Of a DNA stretch of 46,382 nt, positions 25,904 through 35,128 are shown one piece after another. Source of the DNA: Methanobacteriota archaeon (GTDB taxonomy: Archaea > Thermoplasmatota > Poseidoniia > Poseidoniales > Thalassarchaeaceae); contig PBHZ01000010.1 in the NCBI GenBank assembly GCA_002719615.1, forward strand, positions 1-46,382, in the 5' to 3' direction. Made by a program: the position numbers and the translations under genes. The notes beneath the pieces were generated by a model, which saw nothing but the letters and a program-made list of their open reading frames with translations, was not told where the DNA came from and ran no database searches. Within the stretch, counting starts at the first letter, position 1; every line of letters begins with the position of its first letter.

Positions 25904-26913
25904 TTCCTAAAGTAGCATCTTGGAAAGAAGGGCGTGTTGCCGAACTAAAAGAAATTATTAGCAGTCCAGGTGTAGTTGGAATTGTAGATATTGGAGGAGT
26001 TCCTGCGAAGAATATGTTAGATATGAGAAGTTCACTAAAAGGTATAGTTAATATGACAATGGCTAAAAAGACATTGATGAGGCTTGCTTGGAAAGAAGCT
26101 GGCCGTTCTACAGAAGAGTTGGAAGTTTTGTTTGAAGGTGCTTCTCAACCTTGTATAGTACACAGTGACTCTCTAAATGCATATCAATTATTTGATGAGT
26201 TGAAGAAGACACGCCAAGGTCGTGCTGCAAAAGAAGGTGAATTAGCACCTACAGATATTATCGTTCCAGCCGGACCGACAGAATTTGCACCAGGTCCTTT
26301 AGTTGGGGAATTTAATGCTGTAGGAATTCCTGCAAAAATTGACAAAGGTAAGATAGCAATACAAAAAGAAACTAAAGTTGTATCAGCTGGAGAGCCTATG
26401 TCTGCTGATTTGGGTATGATGTTAGCAAAACTTGGAATAAATCCTATAGAAATTGGTTTAATTTTGATTGGTGCTATTGAAGAAGGATTACTATTACCTG
26501 CAGATGATTTAGATCTAGACGTAGACGGTCTGAAAGACGATATTGCTGTCGCAACCTCACGTGCATTTAATTTGGCTTGTAATGCACATTGGTTCTCTAC
26601 AGCAACCACTCCAGTATTACTAGCTAAAGCTAGCAGTGAATCATTGGCAGTAGCAGTTGAAGCTGGTATTGTAAATGATAAGACAGCAGAATTATTTGTA
26701 ATGCGTGCTAATGCGCGTATGATGGCTCTTGCGAGTCAATTAGATTCCTCAGCACTTGATGAAGAATTAACGGCAGCACTAGGTGCTGTTTCAAGTGCTG
26801 TTGTCGTGGCCTCTGAAACGACTGAATCAGATGCAGGAACTCCTGCTACTGAAGAGGAAGAGGAGGAAGAGGAGGAAACTGGGTTCGGTGGACTTGGTGA
26901 CCTCTTCGGTTAA
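25900..26913 (+). CDS. rpl10: Ribosomal stalk protein uL10 (P0)
   Basis: Position after L1. C-terminal acidic tail EEEEEEEETGFGGLGDLFG, which is the P-protein stalk signature. Confidence 0.93.
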   Translation: MIPKVASWKEGRVAELKEIISSPGVVGIVDIGGVPAKNMLDMRSSLKGIVNMTMAKKTLMRLAWKEAGRSTEELEVLFEGASQPCIVHSDSLNAYQLFDELKKTRQGRAAKEGELAPTDIIVPAGPTEFAPGPLVGEFNAVGIPAKIDKGKIAIQKETKVVSAGEPMSADLGMMLAKLGINPIEIGLILIGAIEEGLLLPADDLDLDVDGLKDDIAVATSRAFNLACNAHWFSTATTPVLLAKASSESLAVAVEAGIVNDKTAELFVMRANARMMALASQLDSSALDEELTAALGAVSSAVVVASETTESDAGTPATEEEEEEEEETGFGGLGDLFG

Positions 26914-26929
26914 ATAAAAGGTGAAAAAA

Positions 26930-27241
26930 ATGGAATATGTATATGCTGCAATGTTACTGCACTCTGCTGAAAAGGAAATTGACGAAAAAAGTGTTAGCGG
27001 AGTATTAACTGCTGCTGGCGTGGATGCTGACAAAGGTCGTGTAAAGGCCCTAGTTGCATCTCTTGGATCTGTTGATATCGGTGAAGCTATGGCGACTGCT
27101 ATAGCTGCACCTGCTGCCTCTGCTGCTGCACCTGCTGCCTCTGGTGGCGGAGATGCTGCTGAGGCTCCTGCCGCAGCTGCAGAAGAAGAACCTGAGGAAG
27201 AAACCGGTGGTTTCGAAGGCCTCGGTTCTCTCTTCGGATAA
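26930..27241 (+). CDS. rpl12: Ribosomal stalk protein P1 (archaeal L12)
   Basis: [23 protein letters not shown]-terminus, Ala/Pro hinge, and C-terminal [22 protein letters not shown] 26930 with an AGGTGA RBS is preferred over GTG 26921. Confidence 0.92.
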   Translation: MEYVYAAMLLHSAEKEIDEKSVSGVLTAAGVDADKGRVKALVASLGSVDIGEAMATAIAAPAASAAAPAASGGGDAAEAPAAAAEEEPEEETGGFEGLGSLFG

Positions 27242-27275
27242 GTAAAAGCGATAATTAATAATACGCGAAGACGAT

Positions 27276-27776
27276 ATGGGCGAGAGCCTAGAGGAATTCT
27301 GTATGATGTCGAGCCGATTAGTCGAAATACCTGTCAGTGTGACACCTACTGATACAATAAGAGCGATTAGAGAAATCGGTGAATATAATAATTGGGAAAT
27401 GCGTAGGATTGAAGAATCAAAAATAGTTAGTAGATGGGCAATAGTAATGCCGATAAGTAAAATGACAAAAGTATTAGGAATAGTCGTTGAAGAAGGTGAA
27501 GCAAAAGGTCTTGTGATGAGAGTATGGTCCCATACTCCTGGTTCAGCTGGTAAAATAACAAAGGTTTCTTTTGAAGTACCAATTGAAATCGAGGGAAAAA
27601 TATGGATTAACATACTCAATCAATGGGTTTCAAAATTTAATCGGTGTCCTTGGAAATGGAGTTTTGGAGAAAGATCTATGATTGGATATTTTCAGCCGGA
27701 GTTTTACAAATCTAAATCTCTATTGAAGAAAGAGGGAGTAGATATTACAAAATGGACAAAGGAGTCTGTTTTTTGA
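27276..27776 (+). CDS. Hypothetical protein (166 aa), no recognisable family
   Basis: Long ORF co-directional with and 35 nt after rpl12. The antisense ORF 27050-27619 is low-complexity and judged spurious. Confidence 0.5.
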   Translation: MGESLEEFCMMSSRLVEIPVSVTPTDTIRAIREIGEYNNWEMRRIEESKIVSRWAIVMPISKMTKVLGIVVEEGEAKGLVMRVWSHTPGSAGKITKVSFEVPIEIEGKIWINILNQWVSKFNRCPWKWSFGERSMIGYFQPEFYKSKSLLKKEGVDITKWTKESVF

Positions 27777-27839
27777 TAATTTTTACACTGTCAATAGAGG
27801 AATTGAAATGCAAATGACCTAACGGGTCGGTGTAATACA

Positions 27840-28514
27840 ATGGACTTTGAAGATTTGGTGAATACTTCTCGTAAGAGAACTATGTTGATGTGGAGTGTCG
27901 TTTTCATGATCGCCTTCCCATCTTACTTTGCTGTAATGCCGTCATTAATTGATAGTGAGATGGTTGGAGGAACAAATGGGATAAAAGGAGAATGGATGAT
28001 TTCATTTGAAGAGACGACAGAGACGTTGTCTGAAACAATTAATCTAGCGGATGAAGAAGCATATGACACATTCTTCGATATTGTTAGTGAAATTAATATC
28101 GGTTATGTAGAGTTAACAGTTACATGCATGGATAATGATGATCCGGGGCCGGGATTTACTGATGGAATGGACGTGGTTACTGGTCTAAGTGGAGTTGAGG
28201 GAGATTTCGAGGAACAGAATGAGCAAGGGTCATGTAATGGAGGTGGTAATTCCGGAGTAAACATCAGATGGGATGTAACAGCAAATTACACAGGAGACAA
28301 TATTACACAGAGTGAGACTACAGAACAAGAAATACGCAATCTATGGACAGACAATGGCTTTGGCAGAGGAACTTGGTCTGCAACAATAACTGCTGACATT
28401 AGTTCACCTCCCGCACCAATAGTTGGAGATATTGTAGACTCTGATGAAGATTATGATATCACATGGACAGTGGTATCGTACATAGTGACAATAAATCCGG
28501 TAATAGAGATATGA
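27840..28514 (+). CDS. Hypothetical N-terminally anchored, acidic extracytoplasmic protein
   Basis: N-terminal TM MLMWSVVFMIAFPSYFAVMPSLI followed by an Asp/Glu/Thr-rich domain. 224 aa. Confidence 0.5.
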   Translation: MDFEDLVNTSRKRTMLMWSVVFMIAFPSYFAVMPSLIDSEMVGGTNGIKGEWMISFEETTETLSETINLADEEAYDTFFDIVSEINIGYVELTVTCMDNDDPGPGFTDGMDVVTGLSGVEGDFEEQNEQGSCNGGGNSGVNIRWDVTANYTGDNITQSETTEQEIRNLWTDNGFGRGTWSATITADISSPPAPIVGDIVDSDEDYDITWTVVSYIVTINPVIEI

Positions 28515-28515
28515 A

Positions 28516-29040
28516 TTAAAAAAATTGTATATCACAGTATTTTCTCCAAATATGTATAAATAAATCTGCAACTTTATCTTGATTGTGGAGAATAAAATAA
28601 TCTAAATTTTCTTTTGAAAACCATTCTCCGGTTTCTATTTCTGATAAATTAGGACTTAAAAATTGATCAGTTTCTAGGTGATAGACCCAACTAAATTCAT
28701 TAGCAGTCAATTTTGATGGTTTTAATTTGAATAATTTTTTTGGTACATAATTTATTTTTATTCCAACTTCTTCTTCAATTTCCCGAATACATGCAGCATC
28801 ATAGGACTCATCTGCATCGACATGTCCAGAAACTGAAGAAGCCCAAAGACCGGGACTTTCTTGCTTTAGTAAACCTCTTCGTTGAAGAAATATTTCCCCC
28901 TTTGAATTAAAAATCAGCACATGAATTGAACGATGAAATAAATTTTGAGAATGTATTGCATCACGTCTCATTTGTCCAATTACATAATCTTGTTCGTTGA
29001 CAACAGACAAGATTTCAGCATCCTCCAGATCTCTGCTCAT
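28516..29040 (-). CDS. Nudix hydrolase of the type-1 IPP-isomerase-like subfamily
   Basis: Nudix box GHVDADESYDAACIREIEEEVGI. LFHRSIHVLIFNSKGEIFLQRRGLLKQESPGLWASSVSGHV aligns with E. coli Idi as I recall it ([40 protein letters not shown]). Confidence 0.8.
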   Translation of the reverse strand: MSRDLEDAEILSVVNEQDYVIGQMRRDAIHSQNLFHRSIHVLIFNSKGEIFLQRRGLLKQESPGLWASSVSGHVDADESYDAACIREIEEEVGIKINYVPKKLFKLKPSKLTANEFSWVYHLETDQFLSPNLSEIETGEWFSKENLDYFILHNQDKVADLFIHIWRKYCDIQFF

Positions 29041-29114
29041 GGAAATATTAGAAATTTCATAGATTAAATAATATCCGGCAATAATTTGATATTTGACTCA
29101 ATATCTCGAAAACT

Positions 29115-29753
29115 GTGGGAAAAAGAAGATGTGCTGCAGTAAATTGTAATGCACTAGAATTCAGAAGTGTTGGTTATTGCAACAGACACAAAAAGTTTTA
29201 TCCTCCACTGGAAGTAATAATTATTAAGAAGAGGCCGATTATAAATTCAAATGATTCAGATATTAGATATGATATTGATGGAAATAAGAATAGAATTAGT
29301 TCGAAAAGCATAGATGAATTATTTATTCTACTCAAGTCTGCAAAGCGTTATTGGGTGGTAGATTTAGGCAAATATGAAGATGAATTCGTACAATATGCAG
29401 TAAATAAAGGTGAATTGGAACATTGGGACGATAGTAAAAAGATTGAGAGTAAAAAAATGAAAATCGAAGATGCATTTGAAATTTTAGAATCTAAATTATT
29501 GGGTGATTTTACGGGCCATACAACATGGTGGGGTGATGGAGAGAATTTAGAAAAAAATCGAGGGATGTTACAGATATTAGGAATAGTATCACTTATTATT
29601 CTCGTAATATTAGTTTTATTAACTGGAGATGAGGATGGATTTTTAGCTATTATCGGTCAACTTGGAGTAGAAGCAATTTGTGGATTAGTATTTTTAGGAG
29701 GAGGAGCATTAACTTCACTCAATAGGTCGGATTCTGGTAAATTTATAAAATAG
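29115..29753 (+). CDS. Hypothetical protein with an N-terminal Cys/His zinc-knuckle-like motif and C-terminal TM helices
   Basis: RRCAAVNCNALEFRSVGYCNRHKK (C-x3-C-x11-C-x2-H). C-terminal ILGIVSLIILVILVLL and AICGLVFLGGGAL hydrophobic helices. Confidence 0.45.
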   Translation: MGKRRCAAVNCNALEFRSVGYCNRHKKFYPPLEVIIIKKRPIINSNDSDIRYDIDGNKNRISSKSIDELFILLKSAKRYWVVDLGKYEDEFVQYAVNKGELEHWDDSKKIESKKMKIEDAFEILESKLLGDFTGHTTWWGDGENLEKNRGMLQILGIVSLIILVILVLLTGDEDGFLAIIGQLGVEAICGLVFLGGGALTSLNRSDSGKFIK

Positions 29754-29758
29754 AGAAA

Positions 29759-31042
29759 TTAATTTTTTGCATGTATTCTGATTATATCACCATTTTTTAT
29801 TTCATAATCGGCTCCTACCACTCTTGAAGAGCGAGCATCCACTGCTCGAATAAATCCATCTCCAAGGTCAGAATGAACTGCATATGCTAGTCCTTTTGCG
29901 GTAGTTCCCTCAGGAACTAATATTACATCTGGAAGGATATTACCTTCTCCATCAACCCAGTGAGATTCATCTTGAACAGGGTATGCAACTTTACGATTAA
30001 GAAGTCCAAAAACTACCTCTGATAATAATCCAACTAATCCTCTTCCTTCCCAAGAATTTAGAGTCTTACTAATTGATAATAGTCCCTTTCTTTGTGGCTC
30101 AGATAATTTTTCTTCCCCGGTTTTAGTTATTTCAAAATTTGAATCGCCAGGAATATGGCTTATGAAACCTGAACGAGAAGCTCGTCTTAAGGCCAATTCA
30201 GCCTCTGCACTAGTTGGAACAACAATACCTCCATTTATTTTTACTACTTCTTGTAATTCTAACCAAGATTTTTGAGATGCTGAATCTGCTTTATTTGCTG
30301 CAACAGAAATAGGAAAAAGTTCGGATCTGATTGCTGAAGCAATAGTCGTCAATTCCTCTGTTCTCCATTCCCAGGGAACTCCAGCATCTGGAAATTTTTT
30401 ATGGAGAGCCGTCAAACCTAATGAAATATGTACCTCTTTAGCTCCTATACCAGATAACTGATCTAAAAGGTAGAGAGAGATTGCCTTTTCTCCTTCTGAT
30501 TGAACTCTCCTTGCACCGCGTTGCCAACCTGAACTAATTATTCCAGTTATCCAAGCATCCAATTCTTTGAGTAAAAAATGATATTCTTCCAAAGGCGTTG
30601 ATCCTCCTGTACCAATTGGATTACCTTCAATATCCGTTGAACCTGAAGTATCAACAATTTGTATTAATGCATCACATCTCGCTAAATCTGAAAGGAATTG
30701 GTTTCCTCTCCCTCTTCCTTCATGAGCACCAGGTACAAGTCCTGCAACATCGATCAGTGTAACTGGGACTAATCTAGTGAAGCCGACGCATGAACCAGAA
30801 TTAGGTGAACAAATACTTCCTTTTCTTTCATCATTATATCCAATATCCAGTTTTCCTTCTTTTTCCTTTTTTAATCTTAAATGAGAACATGGACAACTAT
30901 CAAGTAAGGGTAACCAAGCTATTCCGACATTTGGTTCGATAGTAGTAAAAGGATAATTTGCTATTTCTACTGGTTTTTCAGTTAAGGCTGAGAAGGATGT
31001 AGATTTACCAACATTCGGCTTTCCAACTAATCCAATGCGCAT
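29759..31042 (-). CDS. Obg-family (YchF/DRG-related) GTPase with a C-terminal TGS-like domain
   Basis: G1 GLVGKPNVGKST, G2 ANYPFTTIEPNVG, G3 DVAGLV, G4 NKAD. C-terminal NGDIIRIHAK is TGS-like. Confidence 0.8.
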   Translation of the reverse strand: MRIGLVGKPNVGKSTSFSALTEKPVEIANYPFTTIEPNVGIAWLPLLDSCPCSHLRLKKEKEGKLDIGYNDERKGSICSPNSGSCVGFTRLVPVTLIDVAGLVPGAHEGRGRGNQFLSDLARCDALIQIVDTSGSTDIEGNPIGTGGSTPLEEYHFLLKELDAWITGIISSGWQRGARRVQSEGEKAISLYLLDQLSGIGAKEVHISLGLTALHKKFPDAGVPWEWRTEELTTIASAIRSELFPISVAANKADSASQKSWLELQEVVKINGGIVVPTSAEAELALRRASRSGFISHIPGDSNFEITKTGEEKLSEPQRKGLLSISKTLNSWEGRGLVGLLSEVVFGLLNRKVAYPVQDESHWVDGEGNILPDVILVPEGTTAKGLAYAVHSDLGDGFIRAVDARSSRVVGADYEIKNGDIIRIHAKN

Positions 31043-31063
31043 AATATGACCGTAAAATAGAAA

Positions 31064-32746
31064 TCATTCTTCTTCAGTATGAAGTGGAGTGGGTTTTCCA
31101 GATTCATTACTTTCGAATGTGGGTACTACTTCAGTATCCAATACTGCTCCACTCGCTAAAATCTTACGAATAGAGGTAGATGAAGTCAACGGATATGAAG
31201 TAGGAGCAAATGTTGTCTCAGATATACTCACTTGAGAATTTACCTTATCTCCTCTATATAATCCACTTACAATATTGGTAGCGTGGAATATTGCTCCCAA
31301 AACAGTACCATAGAAAATTACTGAACCAGATTTCCTCATAGTTTGAGAAAGTGTACTAGGATCTTCGACAAGGGCTTCCGCCAATGCAAGATCAGTGATG
31401 TCTGATATTAGTGTAAGAACTAATCCTAATATGGCCCCTCCAGACAACATCCAAAATGCCATTCTAGCTCTATTTTGTGAAAGCGGATATCTTCCACTAG
31501 CTGCAGGTAATACTTGTAATGCTGCACCCAAAGTTAGTGGGATAAAAACAGTCCAGATAGTCATTAATTGAATTATATTAGAAATCCCAGTAAGTTCATT
31601 TACTCCGCTCAGATAATCGGTTTGTATAAATAAAGACCCAATACCTAACGGAAGTAGCATCCAAGCTCCAAAATTTATTTCTGGAATACCTGCTGAATCT
31701 GGGTTTTCTACGAAGGTATCAGTACCACGAAGTGTGATTAATATGTTTGATGATAGCGCTATTATTGGAATTATGGCTAATGCCATCAAAAAAGATCCAA
31801 TTACATTGTCTTGATTTGTAATAACTAATTCCGCTGTTGATAATCCAAGCATATCTACAGCCATTATTGGGTGAACATCCCCGAGTGGGTTAATTGTAAA
31901 TAATGTTCCAAATATAACTACACCTGCAACGGTTCTTGACCATAATGCATTTCCAGATCCATAACTAGCTGAATAAAGTGCTATTCCAGCTATTGATGAA
32001 AACCAGAATGTAGCACCAAATAGATGGTATGCCAACCATTGACCAATTCCTTCATCATATGCACCACTAACAAGTATAGATATGATAGCAATCGGTGAAC
32101 CAATTAATCCAAAGATAATCAACCAACCTGGTGTTGCCAGCGAGACATCTGAATTTGCTTTAGTGAGTAATTGATTAGCTGTAATAGCGGTGGCGACAAG
32201 CAAATTTACTGCTGTTCCAATCAAAATAATATCTAAACCCAAAATTTCGCTACTTTGAGAGCCAATGATGAGAATTATTACTGATATTGTCCATAAAAAA
32301 GAAGTTAAGACAGCGTTCTTCTCACTTGCTAAATCGACTTCCAATAATGAAGGGAGTATATGTAATCCTGAGCCAATAATGAACATTCCGACTGCACCAA
32401 ATAATGCAGCAAATTTACCTGCATAGAAAAGTTCTGATGAAAGAGCATTGTATCCCCAAGCTTCCAAACTATGCAGAGCAATTGGATCATGTCCGAGCCA
32501 AAGACCTATGAAAGTAAGAGTTGCAGAAACGAATAACCAAATTGTTCCTTGAATAATCCAGATCTTTGACCCAGAACCTTTTCTTCCTTCTACAAGATCT
32601 GAACCTGGCCCTAACGCCTTCTCGAGCATAAACATAGTCAAGCCACGCACAACTTCTCCTAATACGCCAAGACCTCTTTGAATTAGGATATAAGAAATAA
32701 TAATGAGTGCCCAAAAAATCAATAATGTTGATAATATTGTATCCAT
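31064..32746 (-). CDS. Polytopic integral membrane protein (about 14 TM), family unknown
   Basis: 560 aa, almost entirely hydrophobic helices with a hydrophilic C-terminal tail. No motif I can assign confidently. Confidence 0.6.
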   Translation of the reverse strand: MDTILSTLLIFWALIIISYILIQRGLGVLGEVVRGLTMFMLEKALGPGSDLVEGRKGSGSKIWIIQGTIWLFVSATLTFIGLWLGHDPIALHSLEAWGYNALSSELFYAGKFAALFGAVGMFIIGSGLHILPSLLEVDLASEKNAVLTSFLWTISVIILIIGSQSSEILGLDIILIGTAVNLLVATAITANQLLTKANSDVSLATPGWLIIFGLIGSPIAIISILVSGAYDEGIGQWLAYHLFGATFWFSSIAGIALYSASYGSGNALWSRTVAGVVIFGTLFTINPLGDVHPIMAVDMLGLSTAELVITNQDNVIGSFLMALAIIPIIALSSNILITLRGTDTFVENPDSAGIPEINFGAWMLLPLGIGSLFIQTDYLSGVNELTGISNIIQLMTIWTVFIPLTLGAALQVLPAASGRYPLSQNRARMAFWMLSGGAILGLVLTLISDITDLALAEALVEDPSTLSQTMRKSGSVIFYGTVLGAIFHATNIVSGLYRGDKVNSQVSISETTFAPTSYPLTSSTSIRKILASGAVLDTEVVPTFESNESGKPTPLHTEEE

Positions 32747-32755
32747 TTTAAAACC

Positions 32756-33034
32756 TCATTCAATAGTAGCCTCTGTAAGAATAGTGCCTAGAATAGCAAA
32801 TGCACCAATCATAGCACCCAGTATGAAGAACCAAATTCCTGAATCAAATACACCCTCGAACATGGGCAGAAGAGAAGAAAGGACAGGTAAATCTTGTCCA
32901 GGATATAATATATTATATATTACTAAGAAAATTAGTGCTGCTACAAAACCAATTACCAAAATTACCCATGAAGAAGATGGTTCCTTCTCACCTTGCAGAA
33001 ACTGACCTATTTTACCTGAACCGTCATTAGACAT
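32756..33034 (-). CDS. Small two-TM membrane protein, probably co-transcribed with the 560-aa membrane protein
   Basis: 92 aa with two hydrophobic helices. There is a 9-nt gap to the downstream gene on the same strand. The opposite-strand ORF 32703-33005 is judged a shadow. Confidence 0.45.
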   Translation of the reverse strand: MSNDGSGKIGQFLQGEKEPSSSWVILVIGFVAALIFLVIYNILYPGQDLPVLSSLLPMFEGVFDSGIWFFILGAMIGAFAILGTILTEATIE

Positions 33035-33125
33035 TGCGACACCACATACATCCCACCGCGTAGGACATGCTCAACCACTGAAGATTGCCCCTTAAGCATT
33101 AGGAGAAAGATGTGGTTGCTTTGGC

Positions 33126-34361
33126 TCATGGGGCACGAACGGTATCAGTTCTGGAAGATCTACGATCTAATCCAGATCCAAGAGAAATTGGGAGATTATT
33201 ATCATTGAAAATTTCGGCACTCCAGACCTTTTTGCACGAACAATCAATGCCTGAAAATTCTTCTAAGATACCAGATACAGAATATCTTTCTATTGCTGCA
33301 ACAACATCTTCATCACAAGAACCACAATTGTGCGCCCCCCTTATTCTACCTCCGGCAGTTGGATGTACAATAGTGCGACAATCCAGTTGTGATATTTCTG
33401 AATGAGTTTTTTCAATCATATCTACCAAAGACCATAACCATGGTGGCCTAAATTCTCTATTTCTAAATAAACGGTCTACAATTGTACTTCTTTGAATATT
33501 CATAGGGTTAATTGAAACTTCATCAGAAAGAGGAGCTACTTGCTTAACCCATTCTATTGTGTGATTTAAGGCATCACCTTCTGACATAAATGGTGGTTTA
33601 AATATTAAATATGTTTTAATTCTAAGATTATTTTCTCTGAGTAAATCAACTGCATTATGCCATTGTTTAGTGGAAAATCCTTTATTTACATGAAATCTTA
33701 ACACAGTATCATCATATGCTTCAAGTCCTAAAGCAATTGTACAACCTGGATGTTTTTTGGCTAGCCATTTGATTTTTTTTGGATGACATAATTGTGCTTG
33801 AGCTTCAACCACTAAGTGTATTTTTCTTTCAAAAGTTTCAACTAAAACTGATTCTTGGAAATCTACAGGAATTTCTTGATCCTCAAAAAAAGTCCCTGAG
33901 GTATATACCTTAATCATCTTACAGCCGTCAAAATCATTTGTTTGCCGCTTAGCTTCTTCCCATTGAGCAAAAAGATTTGCAGAGGTAACATCATCCCTTA
34001 CATCATTAAAATATCCACAAAATGTACATCCAGATTTCCACCACCAAACACAACCCTTGGTTCTAAGAATAACTGTAGCTGCAATACAGGACGTTCCATC
34101 CGGTAAATTTTCTGGGGTTTTGTAAACTATAGCTGGCTTATCTGCATCCCATGATTCTCTTCTTGAAATTGAATATGGAGTGTTCTCTGGAGCTTTGACT
34201 AGATGATGTATTTTAATGGCTTTTTTACCATTCCCCAATAAGCCAGATGCTATAGCCATAATTGATGCGTGGGACATTTGGTCTTGATACTGCCGTATGG
34301 TTACGAAATTATACATTAACGAAAATATACTATGAAAGTCTGTTGTTTTATCCCGAAACAT
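33126..34361 (-). CDS. Radical-SAM enzyme, TIGR01210 / RaSEA-like (archaeosine-pathway type)
   Basis: ILRTKGCVWWWKSGCTFCGY Cys cluster in the family's unusual C-x7-C-x2-C spacing. TIM-barrel-like body and an additional C-terminal Cys pair region (HNCGSCDEDV). The start codon is uncertain (34361, or internal Met codons). Confidence 0.6.
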   Translation of the reverse strand: MFRDKTTDFHSIFSLMYNFVTIRQYQDQMSHASIMAIASGLLGNGKKAIKIHHLVKAPENTPYSISRRESWDADKPAIVYKTPENLPDGTSCIAATVILRTKGCVWWWKSGCTFCGYFNDVRDDVTSANLFAQWEEAKRQTNDFDGCKMIKVYTSGTFFEDQEIPVDFQESVLVETFERKIHLVVEAQAQLCHPKKIKWLAKKHPGCTIALGLEAYDDTVLRFHVNKGFSTKQWHNAVDLLRENNLRIKTYLIFKPPFMSEGDALNHTIEWVKQVAPLSDEVSINPMNIQRSTIVDRLFRNREFRPPWLWSLVDMIEKTHSEISQLDCRTIVHPTAGGRIRGAHNCGSCDEDVVAAIERYSVSGILEEFSGIDCSCKKVWSAEIFNDNNLPISLGSGLDRRSSRTDTVRAP

Positions 34362-34386
34362 CTTCTCTGAATACTCTTACGGACTA

Positions 34387-35124
34387 TTGGGTGTACCAAT
34401 GAAGGGGTTCATTATTATTCAAAATTTTTTAACAGCACTAGTAATACCAATCTTCGCCGCTATAATTGGAATTACAGCGATTCCTGCTTTAGCATTATTT
34501 AATTATGGATATCAAATTTCTACTTCTAATACTGAAAATTACTTCTTGGAATTGATGGGGATTGGAGTTTCTCTTGGATTATTTATTATGGCTTGGGGCA
34601 TTAGTTTAGTGATATTTAGCGGTTTCATGGCAGGTCTTTTGAGGCCGAGACTAGCACCGGGAAAATATCCATTACAATCATTTGTTACAATTCAATGGGC
34701 ATGGTCAATGATTTTTCATAAAGCTGCTTTATTTTTCTTACCTAATCTAGTTCCATCTTTTATTGGAAATACTTACTACAGGCTTTCTGGGGCAAAAATT
34801 GGCAGAGGTGCACAAATAAATACCCCAAACGTTAATGATTGTGGATCAGTTACAATTGGAGAAAGAGTGGTAATAGGTGGAAAGGCAGTAATTAATGCTC
34901 ATCTAACTGAAAAAGGAGAATTAGTCATGGCACCAGTAGTTATTGGAAATGATGCACTTATCGGTACTGAATCAATTATTCAACCAGGATGTACTATTGG
35001 AGAAGGTGCAGTTATAGCATCAAGAGCAGTTGTGCCTAAATGGACTAATGTGCCTGCAGGAGAAGTTTGGGGCGGATTACCAGCAAAATGTATCCGTTTA
35101 GTAGATGGTTCAAAACCGAAATAA
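34387..35124 (+). CDS. Membrane-anchored hexapeptide-repeat (left-handed beta-helix) acyl/acetyltransferase
   Basis: Three N-terminal TM helices, then imperfect hexapeptide repeats IGRGAQINTPNVNDCGSVTIGERVVIGGKAVINAHL...IGNDALIGTESIIQPGCTIGEGAVIASRAVV. Confidence 0.7.
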   Translation: MGVPMKGFIIIQNFLTALVIPIFAAIIGITAIPALALFNYGYQISTSNTENYFLELMGIGVSLGLFIMAWGISLVIFSGFMAGLLRPRLAPGKYPLQSFVTIQWAWSMIFHKAALFFLPNLVPSFIGNTYYRLSGAKIGRGAQINTPNVNDCGSVTIGERVVIGGKAVINAHLTEKGELVMAPVVIGNDALIGTESIIQPGCTIGEGAVIASRAVVPKWTNVPAGEVWGGLPAKCIRLVDGSKPK

Positions 35125-35128
35125 GTGT

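Noticed and set aside
26850-27190. GAG/GAA-rich tract (about 26850-26880) and a 19-nt tandem duplication with 21-nt period (27104-27122 and 27125-27143)
   Set aside because: Both are in frame inside rpl10/rpl12. They encode the standard poly-Glu tail and the Ala/Pro hinge (AAPAASA x2) of stalk proteins. They are coding low-complexity, not a regulatory or CRISPR-like repeat.
26184-27619. Long minus-strand ORFs (26184-26609, 26827-27033, 27050-27619) across the P0/P1 genes and the following ORF
   Set aside because: They are antisense to unmistakable ribosomal protein genes, and their translations are low-complexity (Ser/Ile/Phe-rich). These are typical shadow ORFs. The same reasoning applies to 9216-9653, 5054-5416, 6598-7623, 36141-36536, 38991-39404 and other antisense entries.
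31064-32746. Calling the 560-aa membrane protein a heme-copper oxidase/cbb3 subunit I
   Set aside because: The canonical six-His ligand pattern (helix II His, HPEVY-type, HH pair, helix X His pair) cannot be found. The similarity is limited to size and TM count.
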